This document shows positions 52,193 to 64,000 of a stretch of 64,000 nt of DNA, one piece after another. Under the pieces are notes generated by a model. That model did not search any database, was not told the origin of the DNA, and worked only from the letters and a program-made list of their open reading frames with translations. Source of the DNA: Camelus ferus (Eukaryota); the NCBI RefSeq assembly GCF_009834535.1, contig NC_045698.1, positions 11,472,001-11,536,000 of the forward strand. Direction: 5' to 3'. Position 1 is the stretch's first letter, and every line of letters begins with the position of its first letter. The translations under genes were made by a program, and so were the position numbers.

Positions 52193-55100
52193 ATATCACC
52201 TTTAAACAGCAATGGAATATATTAAAACCAACCAATTTTCAAAGTACAAAATCTGACAATTACTACAAGTGAAATGGCTCCAAAAGGGCCCTCTGTAATT
52301 GGAGGCCTGGGAGTCCTCCTTACTTCTCTTCCTGATCTTCTATATCCCACCAGTCGAATCCTGTCCAGGTGATTCTACTCCCCTCGAACCTTCGGTCCAT
52401 CCCCTCTCCTCCACCTGCCTGCCTGGGTGCATGCTTCCTGAACCATCCTTACACCCGTCTCAACCCCGTCAACCGGCCCTCCACACAACCAACCTCCAGA
52501 GGAATGTTTTCAACCTACAAGTCTAACCGTTCATTTTCCTGCATAAAATCTCCAATTCCTCCTCATGGCATAGAGAAAGAAGTTCCTCCGCAGAGCATAT
52601 ATGGCCCTTCATGAGCTGCTCTTTCTAGGTTCAAATCTCACCCTTTTCCTACGTAACCTCAGTGCTCCCTTCTTCGGAATCGGTTGCATTTCCCAAACAC
52701 ATCATGTCTGTGCACACTGTGATGCATGAGCGGTTCTTTGGCCTGCATGCCATCCCCTCCTCTGTCCATTGCCCCTCCCCAACAAACCTCTCGATGGATT
52801 TCTCATTGCTCAAGCCCCAGTCCAAGCGTCCCCTAAGTAAAGCCTTTCCTGCCTGACCCCTAGTAAGCTGAGGATTTCCTCCCAGTTGTCCCAGTACAGG
52901 CAGGTAGAGAGTTGCTGGGTTCTGCAACTGGGTACTTGTATATTCCTGGATTCCTTTCTCTCACCCATTCTCAGCTTTTAAGGGCAGAAATGAGGCATAT
53001 TTTGTCTCTATACTTAATGATATTGTAATTAAATGAACAGAGGAGTGTCAACACCCTAAACAGTCCTCTTGATCTCTAAAAGTTTCAAACAAAGTTGTCA
53101 TTGGTTAATACTCCAAACAAGCATTTAGGAAGCTGTAGTGCAGTGACTAAATCATGCTCATAGGTAAAAATGGGTTGGTTGGGAGCATTAAATGAGTTAA
53201 TTCAGGTTAAGTCCTCACATGTGTGCTCTGCTGAAAACCATGTAGTAAGCATTCAATAAATCATGATGGCTGTTATCGTTTTGGGACTGTCATTGTTGTT
53301 AACATGCTTGGAAGACTGTAGCTGGTCTTCGTGGACTTGATCCTTTTATATCCCAGAGAAGGTAGAGATATCACCCCAAAAATAAGAGGAAGTGGTAATG
53401 AAGTGAAAGCTGAACCAAACCTGGAATTAATTGAAGAAACCCATACATTTGTTCAACCGTTACTATCCATCCCCTGTTGAGTAATATCCACACTCCTTAC
53501 CCTGAGTGTCAAGGCAGGACCCCCAGCTGTGACCCGAATGGACCACTCCTGTCTTAGTTTCCATGAAAATCCTTTGTGTTCCACCCGATAAACTCACCCT
53601 GCCCCCTCACCCGCCATGCTTGCTTGTCTCTTGAATTTGCGTGTGTTATTACCTTACACCAGCTGGGCTCTGCATTTGTGTATCTAAATTGTTTCTCTCT
53701 TCTAAGAATCCCCATAGAGATATAACCACTTTCAAGACTTCTGATTCCCCAGTGTCTAAATATTCATTTCATGCTGACATATCTACCGTAAAGCTCTCAT
53801 ATAATTCATCAGTTGCTTGCTACGTCCTAGTCATTTGTTACCATCCCTGCCAAAGCTGAAGCCTTAGATCAGGACCCGGTTTCCCTAGCCTGGCTGTACA
53901 AGCCGTAGACTCTCACTGGGTCTGAGATGTCTCATCTTTAAAAAATGAAGGTTACACTGGATGGTTTCTAAGGCTCTCTCCATGTCTGTAATGTATGGAT
54001 GCATGCCCTAGTCATAGAGATTACCTGCTGAGCCATGGAGCAGTTTTTGTTTTTTTTTTTTTCCAATCCAAACGTAGCAAATCTGCAAGAATTAAGGCTA
54101 AAGCTGACGTTAAAAATTACTGATCTAAAATAATACAAGCCTATCAAAATTGTGTCTTTACTAAAACTGAGCTAAGTTAGTATTTCATTAAATTTGGGGC
54201 TCAGTTTGAAAAACCAGGCAAATATTTCCCTGGACCAAATACAATATCCTCCCCAGAGCACAACAGATTTTACTAGATTTTTTTTTTTTAGGAAACTGGA
54301 ACTAAGAGTTTAGGAACAGAGGTGGTCATATGATCTTGAAAAACAAAGTGCCTTTACAGGCATCACAGATGGGCAACCTCTGCTGTGAACGTACACAATT
54401 CAGCATAAAGCAAGATTACAGTCAGTGTAAAGAAAGAAACTCAAAACAAAGGACTATTTCAAAGCTACAAAGCCTTCTGCAAAGCCACGGAGCTCACTAG
54501 AGCAGTGTGGGCCGCGTCTGACAAGTCAAATCTCTGTTCTCCAGTGTCGAAGTTTATGCTTTACTCCTTCCTGAAATTCTTTGACTTGGTAGCACATGGC
54601 TTTTGAACCTCATTATTCCCAGGACCTGAATTTTATAGGAGTTTCCTGGGCAGCCTGCCAGGAGTGGGAGGACAGTCCCCGTGAGCACTGTCATGTGGTT
54701 GCTTCGAAGCCTTAGCTATGATGTGATGAGCTGAGGCACGGAGCCGCCGGAGGTGAGGCACCTGGATTTAGAGCTGCCAGAGGGATTCGAGGAAGAGCAG
54801 AGATAAAATGAAAACTATATATGCAGTCTATGTAGTAGGATGAAATATATGCATACATATACCTTTATTTTATAATGTATATTACCTATGCATATTATTC
54901 ATTTATATTCATATACTAAAAGTATCCTGTGCATATTTTAACTAGTAATATATAGTCAACTGAAATATACAATGAAGTGAGGGTTTCATGTGTCACATAA
55001 AATGTATTATAATTATATAGTATATAGTATAAACATATCCATGTAAAATGTATGTATGCACATATTCTTCGGGAAATGGGGCTAGAAACAATGTTAAGAG

Positions 55101-55366
55101 AGGCATCTAAAGATCTCTTCCTGGGCATTAATTTCCTTATCCATAGAATGGATTGTTTTAAGAATCAGGTAAAGAAATATTTCTAAAAGCACTTTGTAAA
55201 CATCATAATACAACATAAATAAAAGGTATTATAATAAGCTATAAAGAAGGCAGTCGGTTTTTCAATGGAGATGTACATCACCCACAGCCCACGTCCTGAG
55301 GACATGTCCATGTTGGACGTTGGGTTATTCCACCGCGTCTTCCTATAAAACACTGTGCACTCTGTA

Positions 55367-55960
55367 ATTCATTCATTCATTCATTCAACAGGTACTTAGC
55401 ACCAGCTGTGAACCCAGTAGAGGGGATTCAGCAATGAACAGAGAGGCATCCCTTTTCTAGAAAGCTTACGTTCCAGAGTGAGGACAGCAAATCCATAAGT
55501 GAATACATAAATGGATAATGCCACAGGCTGATAAAGTGTGCTGAAAATAAACAGGAGTCTGGCAGCGGTACTAATTTATACAGGGTGATTAGGGAAGAAT
55601 TGTCCAATAAAGGCATGTTTGCTCAGAGACCTCAGAAGGTAGGGGTGGCTCATGGCACTATCCAGGGAAGCCCTGTCCAGTGCCCAGGCGCTGAGGCAGG
55701 AGGGCACCTGAGTTGTCTGGGAGGTCAGTGGGGTTGGAAGAGGGGTAAGAGAGAAGATCAGAGGTCACAGGGCTGCAGGTCCTTAGAGGGTTAGACTTTA
55801 GATGTTACGCATGGAGTGAGATGGGTGCCATCTGAAGGCTTTGAGCATAACTGGAGTTCTGTTTTCCAGCATCTCTCTGGCAGCTGAGAGGAGAATAGAG
55901 TGCAGGGCAGGGAAACTGGTGGAGAGGCTAGAGGAATAATCCCGATGACACAGTTGTTCC
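55367..55960 (-). mobile_element. L2 LINE 3' end
   Basis: (ATTC)n AACAGGTACTTAGCACC...CAGCAATGAACAGAGAG...AAGCTTACGTTCCAG...GAGTGAGATGGG.GCCA..TGAAGGCTTTGAGCA. Other L2-like ends lie near 21320, 25420 and 62490. Confidence 0.75.
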
Positions 55961-56722
55961 TCCTTGACCAAAGAGGGTTGAAATGAATCCCTAAATGGTC
56001 ACCTTGTTGGACTAATAACTACATATATTTCTGATCCTTTTCAAAGTACGTCGGTATCCATTATCTCCTTGCATCCTGTTATACCTCCAGAGCGCAGGCA
56101 TGACAGCTGCTCGTTCCCATTTCAGAGGAAAGGCTTGACACTAGAAAATTTAAGCCTTCAGCCTGAGGTCATAAAAAGTGGAGCTGAACCACCGGCTTGG
56201 GACTGCCAAGCCAGTGCTCTTTCTGCCAAACCCAGGTCATGGCCAAGCCTTCTATCTCATATCTCACTGCTTTGGACCACAGAGCTACCAGACCATTGTA
56301 GGGTAAGAGCTGGCTTTTACTGAGCTTCTGGAACTTTCCAGGGCCAAGGCAGGATATTTACACACATTGTCTCATTTCTCCCTTCACAGCTGCCTTTCAG
56401 GGAAGGTGATCACCCTTATTTTCAGACAAAGGAAGTACTCAGAACGATTGATGTGCCCAGTGTCAGGCAGCTAGTGATGGATCTGGACTTGGAACCATTG
56501 TCTTTCTGATTCTAAAGCCCCCAAGCCTCCTAAACCCAAAGCAGTTAAATGATGAACGCAAAAACCTCAACCTTGCTTTCTGTATTGTAGGGGCCGAGAA
56601 GGGAAGGGGTAACATAGGGACCCGAACCCGGAGAGGGGTAGGAATCCGTAAAGGCGAGCCCCACCATCCCCACCCCCATCCTCGGAGGTCGCTCTGAGCG
56701 TGTGTTCTGTCTCTTTATGCAG

Positions 56723-57459
56723 GGTGCTCCAAAGTGACCTGCATCAGCTTGACCCGGGAGGCCTCCATTAAACTGTCCCCCTTGCATGGCAAACAGATTT
56801 CCATCCGCTACCTGGACATGACGGACTGCTTCGTGCTGGAGGACGAAGGCCTGCACACCATCGCGGCTCACTGCACGCAGCTCACCCACCTGTACCTGCG
56901 CCGCTGCGTCCGCCTCACCGACGAGGGCCTGCGCTACCTGATGATCTACTGCACCTCCATCAAGGAGCTGAGCGTCAGCGACTGCCGCTTCGTCAGCGAC
57001 TTCGGCCTGCGCGAGATCGCCAAGCTGGAGTCCCGCCTGCGGTACCTCAGCATCGCGCACTGCGGCCGCGTCACCGACGTGGGCATCCGCTACGTGGCCA
57101 AGTACTGCAGCAAGCTGCGCTACCTCAACGCGAGGGGCTGCGAGGGCATCACGGACCACGGCGTGGAGTACCTCGCCAAGAACTGCACGAAACTCAAGTC
57201 CCTGGACATCGGCAAATGCCCTCTGGTCTCCGACACCGGCCTGGAGTGCCTGGCCCTGAATTGCTTCAATCTCAAGCGACTCAGCCTCAAGTCGTGCGAG
57301 AGCATCACCGGCCAGGGCTTGCAGATCGTGGCGGCCAACTGCTTCGATCTCCAGATGCTGAACGTCCAGGACTGCGAGGTGTCCGTGGAGGCCCTGCGGT
57401 TTGTGAAACGCCACTGCAAGCGCTGCGTCATCGAGCACACCAACCCTGCCTTCTTCTGA
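56723..57459 (+). CDS. FBXL7: FBXL7 terminal coding exon (equivalent to human exon 4): cysteine-containing LRRs to the stop codon
   Basis: Acceptor TTTATGCAG (AG 56721-22); splices in frame to the upstream exon (G|GG = Gly) giving GCSKVTCISLTREASIK...CKRCVIEHTNPAFF-TGA; repeated LxxLxLxxCxxITDxG units. Confidence 0.98.
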
Positions 57460-58037
57460 ACGGACAGCTTCCTCCGGCCGCCGCTGTTTCCCTACGAACC
57501 TGAACAGAACAAAATGGTTTTTTTGTTTTGTTTTTTTTTAAAGCAGCATATGTAAGCACCGACACCCACTCATAACAGCTCTCTCCCCCAGGAAGGTTCT
57601 TAAGAATCTGCTTTTTTTTTTTTTTTTCTCCCCCTAATTTCTCATGGGCAGCAGAGGTCAAGGTGGGGGTGGGAGGACACATTTCTGTTACAGTAAACGG
57701 TTTTGGGGGTCAGGTCATTGTAGGCAGTTTCTCTTCTCAAAAAGATGTACCTCAGAAAGCTTACTGCAGCATCTTTAGAAACGCCCCTTTTTCTCTCTGT
57801 CTCTCTCCTCCTTCCCCAGGGTTCTGCACCCTGACCCCTCGCAGAGCACCCCTCCGTCTCCAACAGCAGCAAGTCATCAGAATGATAATGCTCTCCAGAC
57901 CGCCTTCTCTTTAAACTACCTGATTGGCCTAATCCACACTTCAGCCCCACACCCAAGCAAATTCTTGTTAAATAAATGTCACAGCCACCTGGTATTCACA
58001 AAGCACTTCCAAGCCTTTTTTAAAGAATCACTTGTGG

Positions 58038-58190
58038 CAGGCAGCATGGTGGAGGAAGAGACCTGCATCTCCCCTCCTCCAGCTCTGCCACTTACTAGCT
58101 GTGTGACTTTGGGCAAAGCACTTGACCTCTCTGGGCTTCTGCTTCCAGCACTGAATCGGAGGCCATCGTCTGATCTAATTGAGGATTAGC
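58038..58190 (+). mobile_element. MIR remnant inside the FBXL7 3' UTR
   Basis: CCAGCTCTGCCACTTACTAGCTGTGTGACTTTGGGCAAAGCACTTGACCTCTCTGGGCTTC, the MIR core motif. Confidence 0.85.
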
Positions 58191-60063
58191 TTCATGCCCA
58201 TTTCAGAGCTGAGGGAACAGAGATGTCAATAAAGAGAGACTTTTTGGCATAGAGCACAGGAGGCATCCTCTTCAGAGGCTATTGATTCTGCGGATGCTTT
58301 CAGAAGTGCCAACACCAGTGTCCTGTGTGTCCTTCACTCCAATCTGAGTTTGTTTTGGTGGGTGAGTCTCTTCTCCTGCCCCCACTAGATGGATGGTTTT
58401 AATACACAAATGCTGTCGGCATCACCCCAGCCCACATCATCGTGCGGAGGCAATAGAATTCCCAATCACAGCAAAACCCACATCCCTCAGTCAAAGTTGA
58501 TCTTTTGGAGTTTTGTTTTTTGGTTTTTGGTTTTTGTTTTTTTCAAATAGAAGGAAAGACCCTTACAGTTTTTAATTAGCAAGTGAGGCCCAAGGGAACA
58601 CATGTCCTCTAGGGCTTTCTTAATCCCTCTCACCGCACACGTGGCACATGAGCACATCTGCCCTGCAGCTGGCAGGAACAGATGCCTCGGTTCTTTGTCA
58701 TTCAGATCACATTTCTACTTTTCTCACCTATTTATTTCTCTGTGAGTCCAAACTTCATCACATGAAGCCTGTTGGGGTTAAGTCGTCAGTGTTGCCTTGT
58801 GTGGCTTGCCACCTTGTGTGACTGCGTGTCCTCTGTCAAAGATGCAGAGCAGACTTCCAGGTAGTTTAAATATTGTTCCCTCAAAAGTGCCACATGAACG
58901 GAAGTGGGAACACATTGATAAGACTTAGGCGCTGGTCCAGGCCCTGGGAATAGAACATCAATATCACTGCCAAGGATGAGTTTTAAATGGCCCTGTTTGG
59001 ATAGAAATCCATTTGCTAGCCTCATGCATGTAAAGTCAGGATGCCAGAAGAAACTCTATTGCTCGCGTTCATGAAATTTAATTGCCTTTTGTTAATAAGC
59101 CTGTGACCTCTCTTAAATTATTCTCTGGCAACACCCGTCCTTCATCACTGTTCAAACAGTTCATCCATTTCTGTCTCAAAGGATCCATCCACACCCAGAA
59201 CCTCTGTTTCTCCAAGCCTAGCACGTGGAATTGGTTCCAGATCAAGCCTACGCCTCACTTAACAACTGCCCTCCCGCTGTTGGCGCCTTGCGTGCCTTTA
59301 TCTTATGCTGGGAAGGAGAAGATAGGATGAAGTGGTATCACATGAAATATGCCTCCTCTCCAGTCAACTCCATCAGCAATCGAGAGGCGCAGTCAAGACC
59401 GTGTGTCATGAGGGAAAAGGAGTTGTTTGGCTGGGGAGGGTGCCTGGTCATACAGTTTAGAACCATGAAAGGGGTTGAAGGTAGCACTCCCTTGCTCTGT
59501 GACTTGTGATCCTGTCTAACAGCTCGGAATTTGAAACTCAGAAAGGATTATCCCTAACCCTTGGCCCTGGGACCTTCCAAGTGAACTGGTTTAATACTCC
59601 TAGAATGAAGGCAGAGATCCAAAATGGCTCTGGGAACCAGAGAAGTGGGGTGGGGGTCCTATTCCAAATATCTGTCTGTATCACCAGTCCCTGACCACAT
59701 CATCTAAACTGTCTTCCAAACATGAGACGAAGCTGACTTGCACACTGTTGCCCAGCACACACTGTCTTTCCCAGTTTCTCCCTTTCCCCCGGTCTTCTCT
59801 TCATCCTTTCTGCTTCCCCTTGTCGTGTGAACCTGTGACAGAGGTTACTAGGGGAAACAGCTCAGCAGATTTTGAGAGACCAAGCAAAAAAGCCTCACTA
59901 GGAAATTTATCTGTTTTTAAACATTGCTTCCTTCCTGACTCTGCTAAATTGAATGCTCATTGTTTTTTTTGTTTGGTTTTTTTGTTTTTCTGTTTTAAAT
60001 TCCAATGTTCAAATCACTGCGTGCTGTATGACTCTAGAAAGCCTTAATTTACTACCACCAAGA

Positions 60064-60069
60064 AATAAA
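60064..60069 (+). terminator. Probable main polyadenylation signal AATAAA
   Basis: AGAAATAAAGCAATATGTTGGTAA, preceded by U-rich sequence and a TGTA motif (GCTGTATG). More proximal AATAAA hexamers sit at 57971 and 58228. Confidence 0.7.
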
Positions 60070-63000
60070 GCAATATGTTGGTAATTAGGTTAAGCCTCCT
60101 TTAATATCCTGGCCAGAAGAGCATGGTGTTCAGATGGGGACATTCAACGAGTGAGAAAAACTTGCCTCATGTTGAGGTGGAGACCAAGTGTAGTCACTGC
60201 AGCTCTTGTCTCTTTAAGGTTGCGTCCATCGTTTTTTCATTTCCTTTAGCTCATTGTCTGTGGCTGAAAATTAGCAGGTAAGTGAAAAAATCATTACCCT
60301 CCCAGTTTAGTTCAGGTCTTCAATTCCCTAAGCTTACCTTGAAGCCAGGCATATTTTGGAATTTATAATTTTTCACATTTTAGGAAGTTATCTGTGGTAT
60401 ATTCTGCAACATCCCTAGTAGAGTCTGGGACAGCACCCTTAATCAAGCCTGTTAATTTTTCTACAGCAGTAGATATGAACAGTCACACTGCATAATATTA
60501 TTATAGGCTATAAATAGCCTTGCATCTGTTTGGGTCAGGTTTTGTCACCAAATTAATCTGTGCCAAACCTAGTGAAAAAAACCTTTGATTTTTTTTAGAG
60601 CTTTCTAGATTTCAGAATTATAGATGAGTAACTGTAGACCTGAATATACTTCCCCTGGCACTGGTTATAAACATTGGAGAAATTTTCAAAATTATGCTGT
60701 ACCATTGGTCTTTATAAATTTTTTTTAAGTCTTAAAACCTTAACATTTGGAAGGAGAATATAGCAAGTTGGTCTAAAGGGAAAATTTATCAGTCAGTTAG
60801 AAAAGGGGAAATACCAAATATCTCATTACCCAAACCTTAAGATCTGAGAAATCAATATGGCAGAAAGCAAGTCCTGATAGATGAATGGCAGACTTCATCT
60901 TTAGCAAGTAAAAAGGTTTTAGGCAATGAAGATTTTAAATGTAGTTGTTCTTATGCTTGCGCTCACCCTGTGTCAGCTATGTAATGACCCTCCCGTAAAC
61001 CAATAAGACTGTTAGCTGCCTTGGAACATGAACTCGAGGCAGCCCTATGCAGTTCCTGTCAAGATCCCAGAATAAGGTTAGCAGTAAATAAAATGCATTT
61101 CCCCTTGAGGTTCATGATGTCTTATATTGACATTTGTTCAGAAAGTCTTTAAGAAGTTTGACATCCAAGAGTGCACAACATGAAACCAAAAAGTCGAGTA
61201 TTTTCAAGGGGAAAAAACATGCAATGAAATTGCTTACCTTGTCTAAATTCTCACAGAAAAGTCAAAAAGTAGAGCATTTGTTCAATAGCTGGCAATCGTG
61301 ATCAGTTCAGGGAGAAATTAATTTGCAGAAATGCTGAATAGACAGTAGAAGAGGGAGAGAGAAGATTTAAACACAACTTAAATATTGTGTGAAACTGTTC
61401 ACACAGAAAATCTGTGAAACAAAATTGGTTTTCCTTTGGCGAGCTCTTGGTCAAATGGTTTCTTCTTTTTGATCCACACACCAGGACTAATGTTGCGGAA
61501 AGGAGAGGCGCAGGGGGACGGGGGGTGCCTGCCATCCATCATCTGTCTGCAGTGGGCACTGATGCCACCACTGAGACTTGCCTAAACACAGTGCCTGTCT
61601 GCCAAAGAGCAACTCAGGCATGTTTCACTGAGATGACCCCCAAGTGGGCAAAGTTGTTCACTCGAGGGAAGAAATGCTCTCATACACACTCAGACTGGGG
61701 ACACCTAGCCAGGAGTGCATCCAAGATGTGATTATTCCTCCTTTTGTCCTTGAGTGCATCACTATCTCCTCAAGCCATGGGTCCGTTTTATAGACTCTTT
61801 TTTATTTTTTCCTCGCATGTCAACAGATCAACTTGCATTTAAAATCATGAAGATGAAGAGCATCTCCACTTGGGAGTTCGGTATGGCTCCACCCCTACCT
61901 GTCAACAGCACAGTTATGGCATCTCCAGCAGGGCTTTCCCAGGAAGTATCTACAGCTGGAATGCCAATAGCTGCATGGACTATCCAGGAAGGCTACGTTT
62001 AAGCTCTAAGTTGTTGCTCAGGGGTTGACCATCAACATCATCCAGCTGTCAAAGGATGGCTTTGAAAGATCATTAAAAAATAAAATTAAGAAAAACTGAC
62101 TTAAATGTTTCCAAATCTGATCATTTCTATATTGAATATTTCTCCATGCAGCCACTCAGCTACTGAATTTTACACTGATGAGATCAGCATGTCTAAATTC
62201 TATCCTGGCCAATGTGATGATCAACATATGATGGAAACTGGATATTCCCATCATTCTTCACTAACAGTGAATTCTCAAGAAGTGACAATCATTTCTTCTG
62301 AAGGAGCAGACGGTACTCAGCTTCCCTCAACTCCTTTAACAAAAGTTTATTGACAAGGTACTATGATGAGTTCCAGGTGAATAAGATACAATATCCTTCC
62401 CCTAAAAGAACTCAGATTGAATAATTATAACAACATGCAATGAGTTGGAAGGTCAAGAAGGGGATATAAAAAAGAATGTGGCAACATTCTTTCATTCATG
62501 CATCAAATAATTATTTTTTAAGAACTTAGTATATGCCAGGCACTGTACTGGCACTGAGAGTCTTGCCCTGATGGAGTTTACCAAAGAATCGTTTTCTTCA
62601 TTAATATGGAGAGAGGAATAAAGCTTAGGGACTTCGTTCAGGGAGAAGATCTTTGAGCTGGATTTTATAACTCAGACAAGGTGAACTTCACAAGCCATGA
62701 TGCACTTGAACCTACGAAACAGCATACATGGAGCCCACTCGGGGACAAAATATTTGATCAGGTTGATGAAGCAATTTCTCTCTACCATAGATTAAGATTA
62801 TCATAATATTAACTACACTAACCATAGGTTAACATTGTCATTGTCTTGAGTTAGTCATATGGAAATAGAAAGTTCTCTTTTGTTCTAATGTCGCCCCATA
62901 GGTTAATTCCTACATACGCATACACACTCTTTCTCACACACACATACACACACACAACATAATTTATAAAAAAAAAAAAAAAAAGGAAATATTTCCCAAA

Positions 63001-64000
63001 AATAACCCTGAAACATAATTTATTGGACAATCTCTAAGAAACATCAAAGCCGTCTGACTGTCCTCCCAAACAGTATATGCAACAACAAACGGTCCAAACA
63101 CAGCCATATGCCAGCAAAGCGGCCATCATGACTTCTCCATTATTTAGCTCAGGGAGAGGGAGATAGCAGGTCCCTCCAGCAGTAATCCTTGGATCCTGCA
63201 GCAAAGATGGGTGCTCTTTGGTACCATTCTAATCATTAGGCACTTATGATGGGAACGGTCAAAATAACAAGTTTCTCAATGTACCATGACCTTTTATTAA
63301 AAACTTGTCTGTGTCAGTAATCTACAGAATACTGGATGGTCCAAGAAAGATTGATTGAGTAGCCATTAAAATTGTTGAGAAATGGATTTTACTTGTAAGT
63401 GCACTGAGGACGGGTTCTTTGAAACCTCAAATTTTATCAGGGTTGTGAATATGAAGTTATCTGCCCACAGTAACAATTAACTAAACAATGAAATCCATTA
63501 GAACGTGGAAGAGTGATAGGAACGCTTTTAATTCCTGATTCAGTGCAGTCAGAGGCAATAATCCTCCCGGTTTTTCAGAGCCCCCAAAGGTCTCCCAAAG
63601 TCTGAGTAGGCTTATTACGCCCATTTCCAGATGGACATGCAAAAGATAGAAGGAACGATTTCTAACGACAAAGATTAACCAGTAACTGGTGGTCCCTTTT
63701 TCTCTAATCTTCTACCAACCACTAATGAACACACAGTCACCTTCTATAAATAAAACTTTAAAAAAAAAAAGTCCAACTTTTACATCCTGAATGTATTCTT
63801 CACGGATGTTTATATTTAGAATTTAAACAAATGTATCATGGTCTTTCTCTTTTATGAGAAAGCAGATAAAGGAACAAAACTGTCCCAACTGATAAATGGC
63901 CTCCTTCATTTTATCTCAAAGCCTTTCTTTTGGAGATGGAGACCAAAACAGATACGATTACCTTTGTGTAATTTTACAGTTTTCATACTTTCCAGTACAA

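Larger units (their letters stand above)
57460..60085 (+). other. FBXL7: FBXL7 3' UTR (~2.6 kb; 3' end approximate)
   Basis: Follows the stop codon, is repeat-poor and ends just past AATAAA at 60064; length agrees with the long FBXL7 3' UTR as I recall it. Confidence 0.7.

Noticed and set aside
56545..57438. 297-aa antisense ORF over the last exon
   Set aside because: It mirrors the sense reading frame; antisense stops are rare when sense codons end in C/G. No recognisable domain or promoter evidence.

Overview
Mammalian genomic DNA holding the 3' part of FBXL7 (F-box and leucine-rich repeat protein 7) on the + strand. The window covers about 49 kb of the large upstream intron (1-48963), a 612-nt F-box exon (48964-49575), a 7.1-kb last intron, the terminal LRR-coding exon (CDS 56723-57459), a ~2.6-kb 3' UTR ending near AATAAA at 60064, and ~4 kb of downstream flank. 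The host is probably a camelid, inferred from a Vic-1-like tRNA-derived SINE, cetartiodactyl-type L1 3' ends and no recognisable Alu, Bov-tA or PRE-1. The rest is ordinary eutherian repeat landscape: L1 fragments, two ERV1-type solo LTRs, MaLR/ERVL LTRs, MER/Tigger DNA transposons, L2 and MIR. I found no evidence for a new biological system. The best second-look items are the probable decayed ortholog of the human MIR887 hairpin inside an L2, a 34-bp palindromic VNTR, a twin-primed inverted L1, a young near-intact L1 ORF2 fragment, and the frame-symmetric F-box exon. Repeat family names and human comparisons come from recalled sequences, not a database search; repeat boundaries are approximate unless a TSD is quoted.
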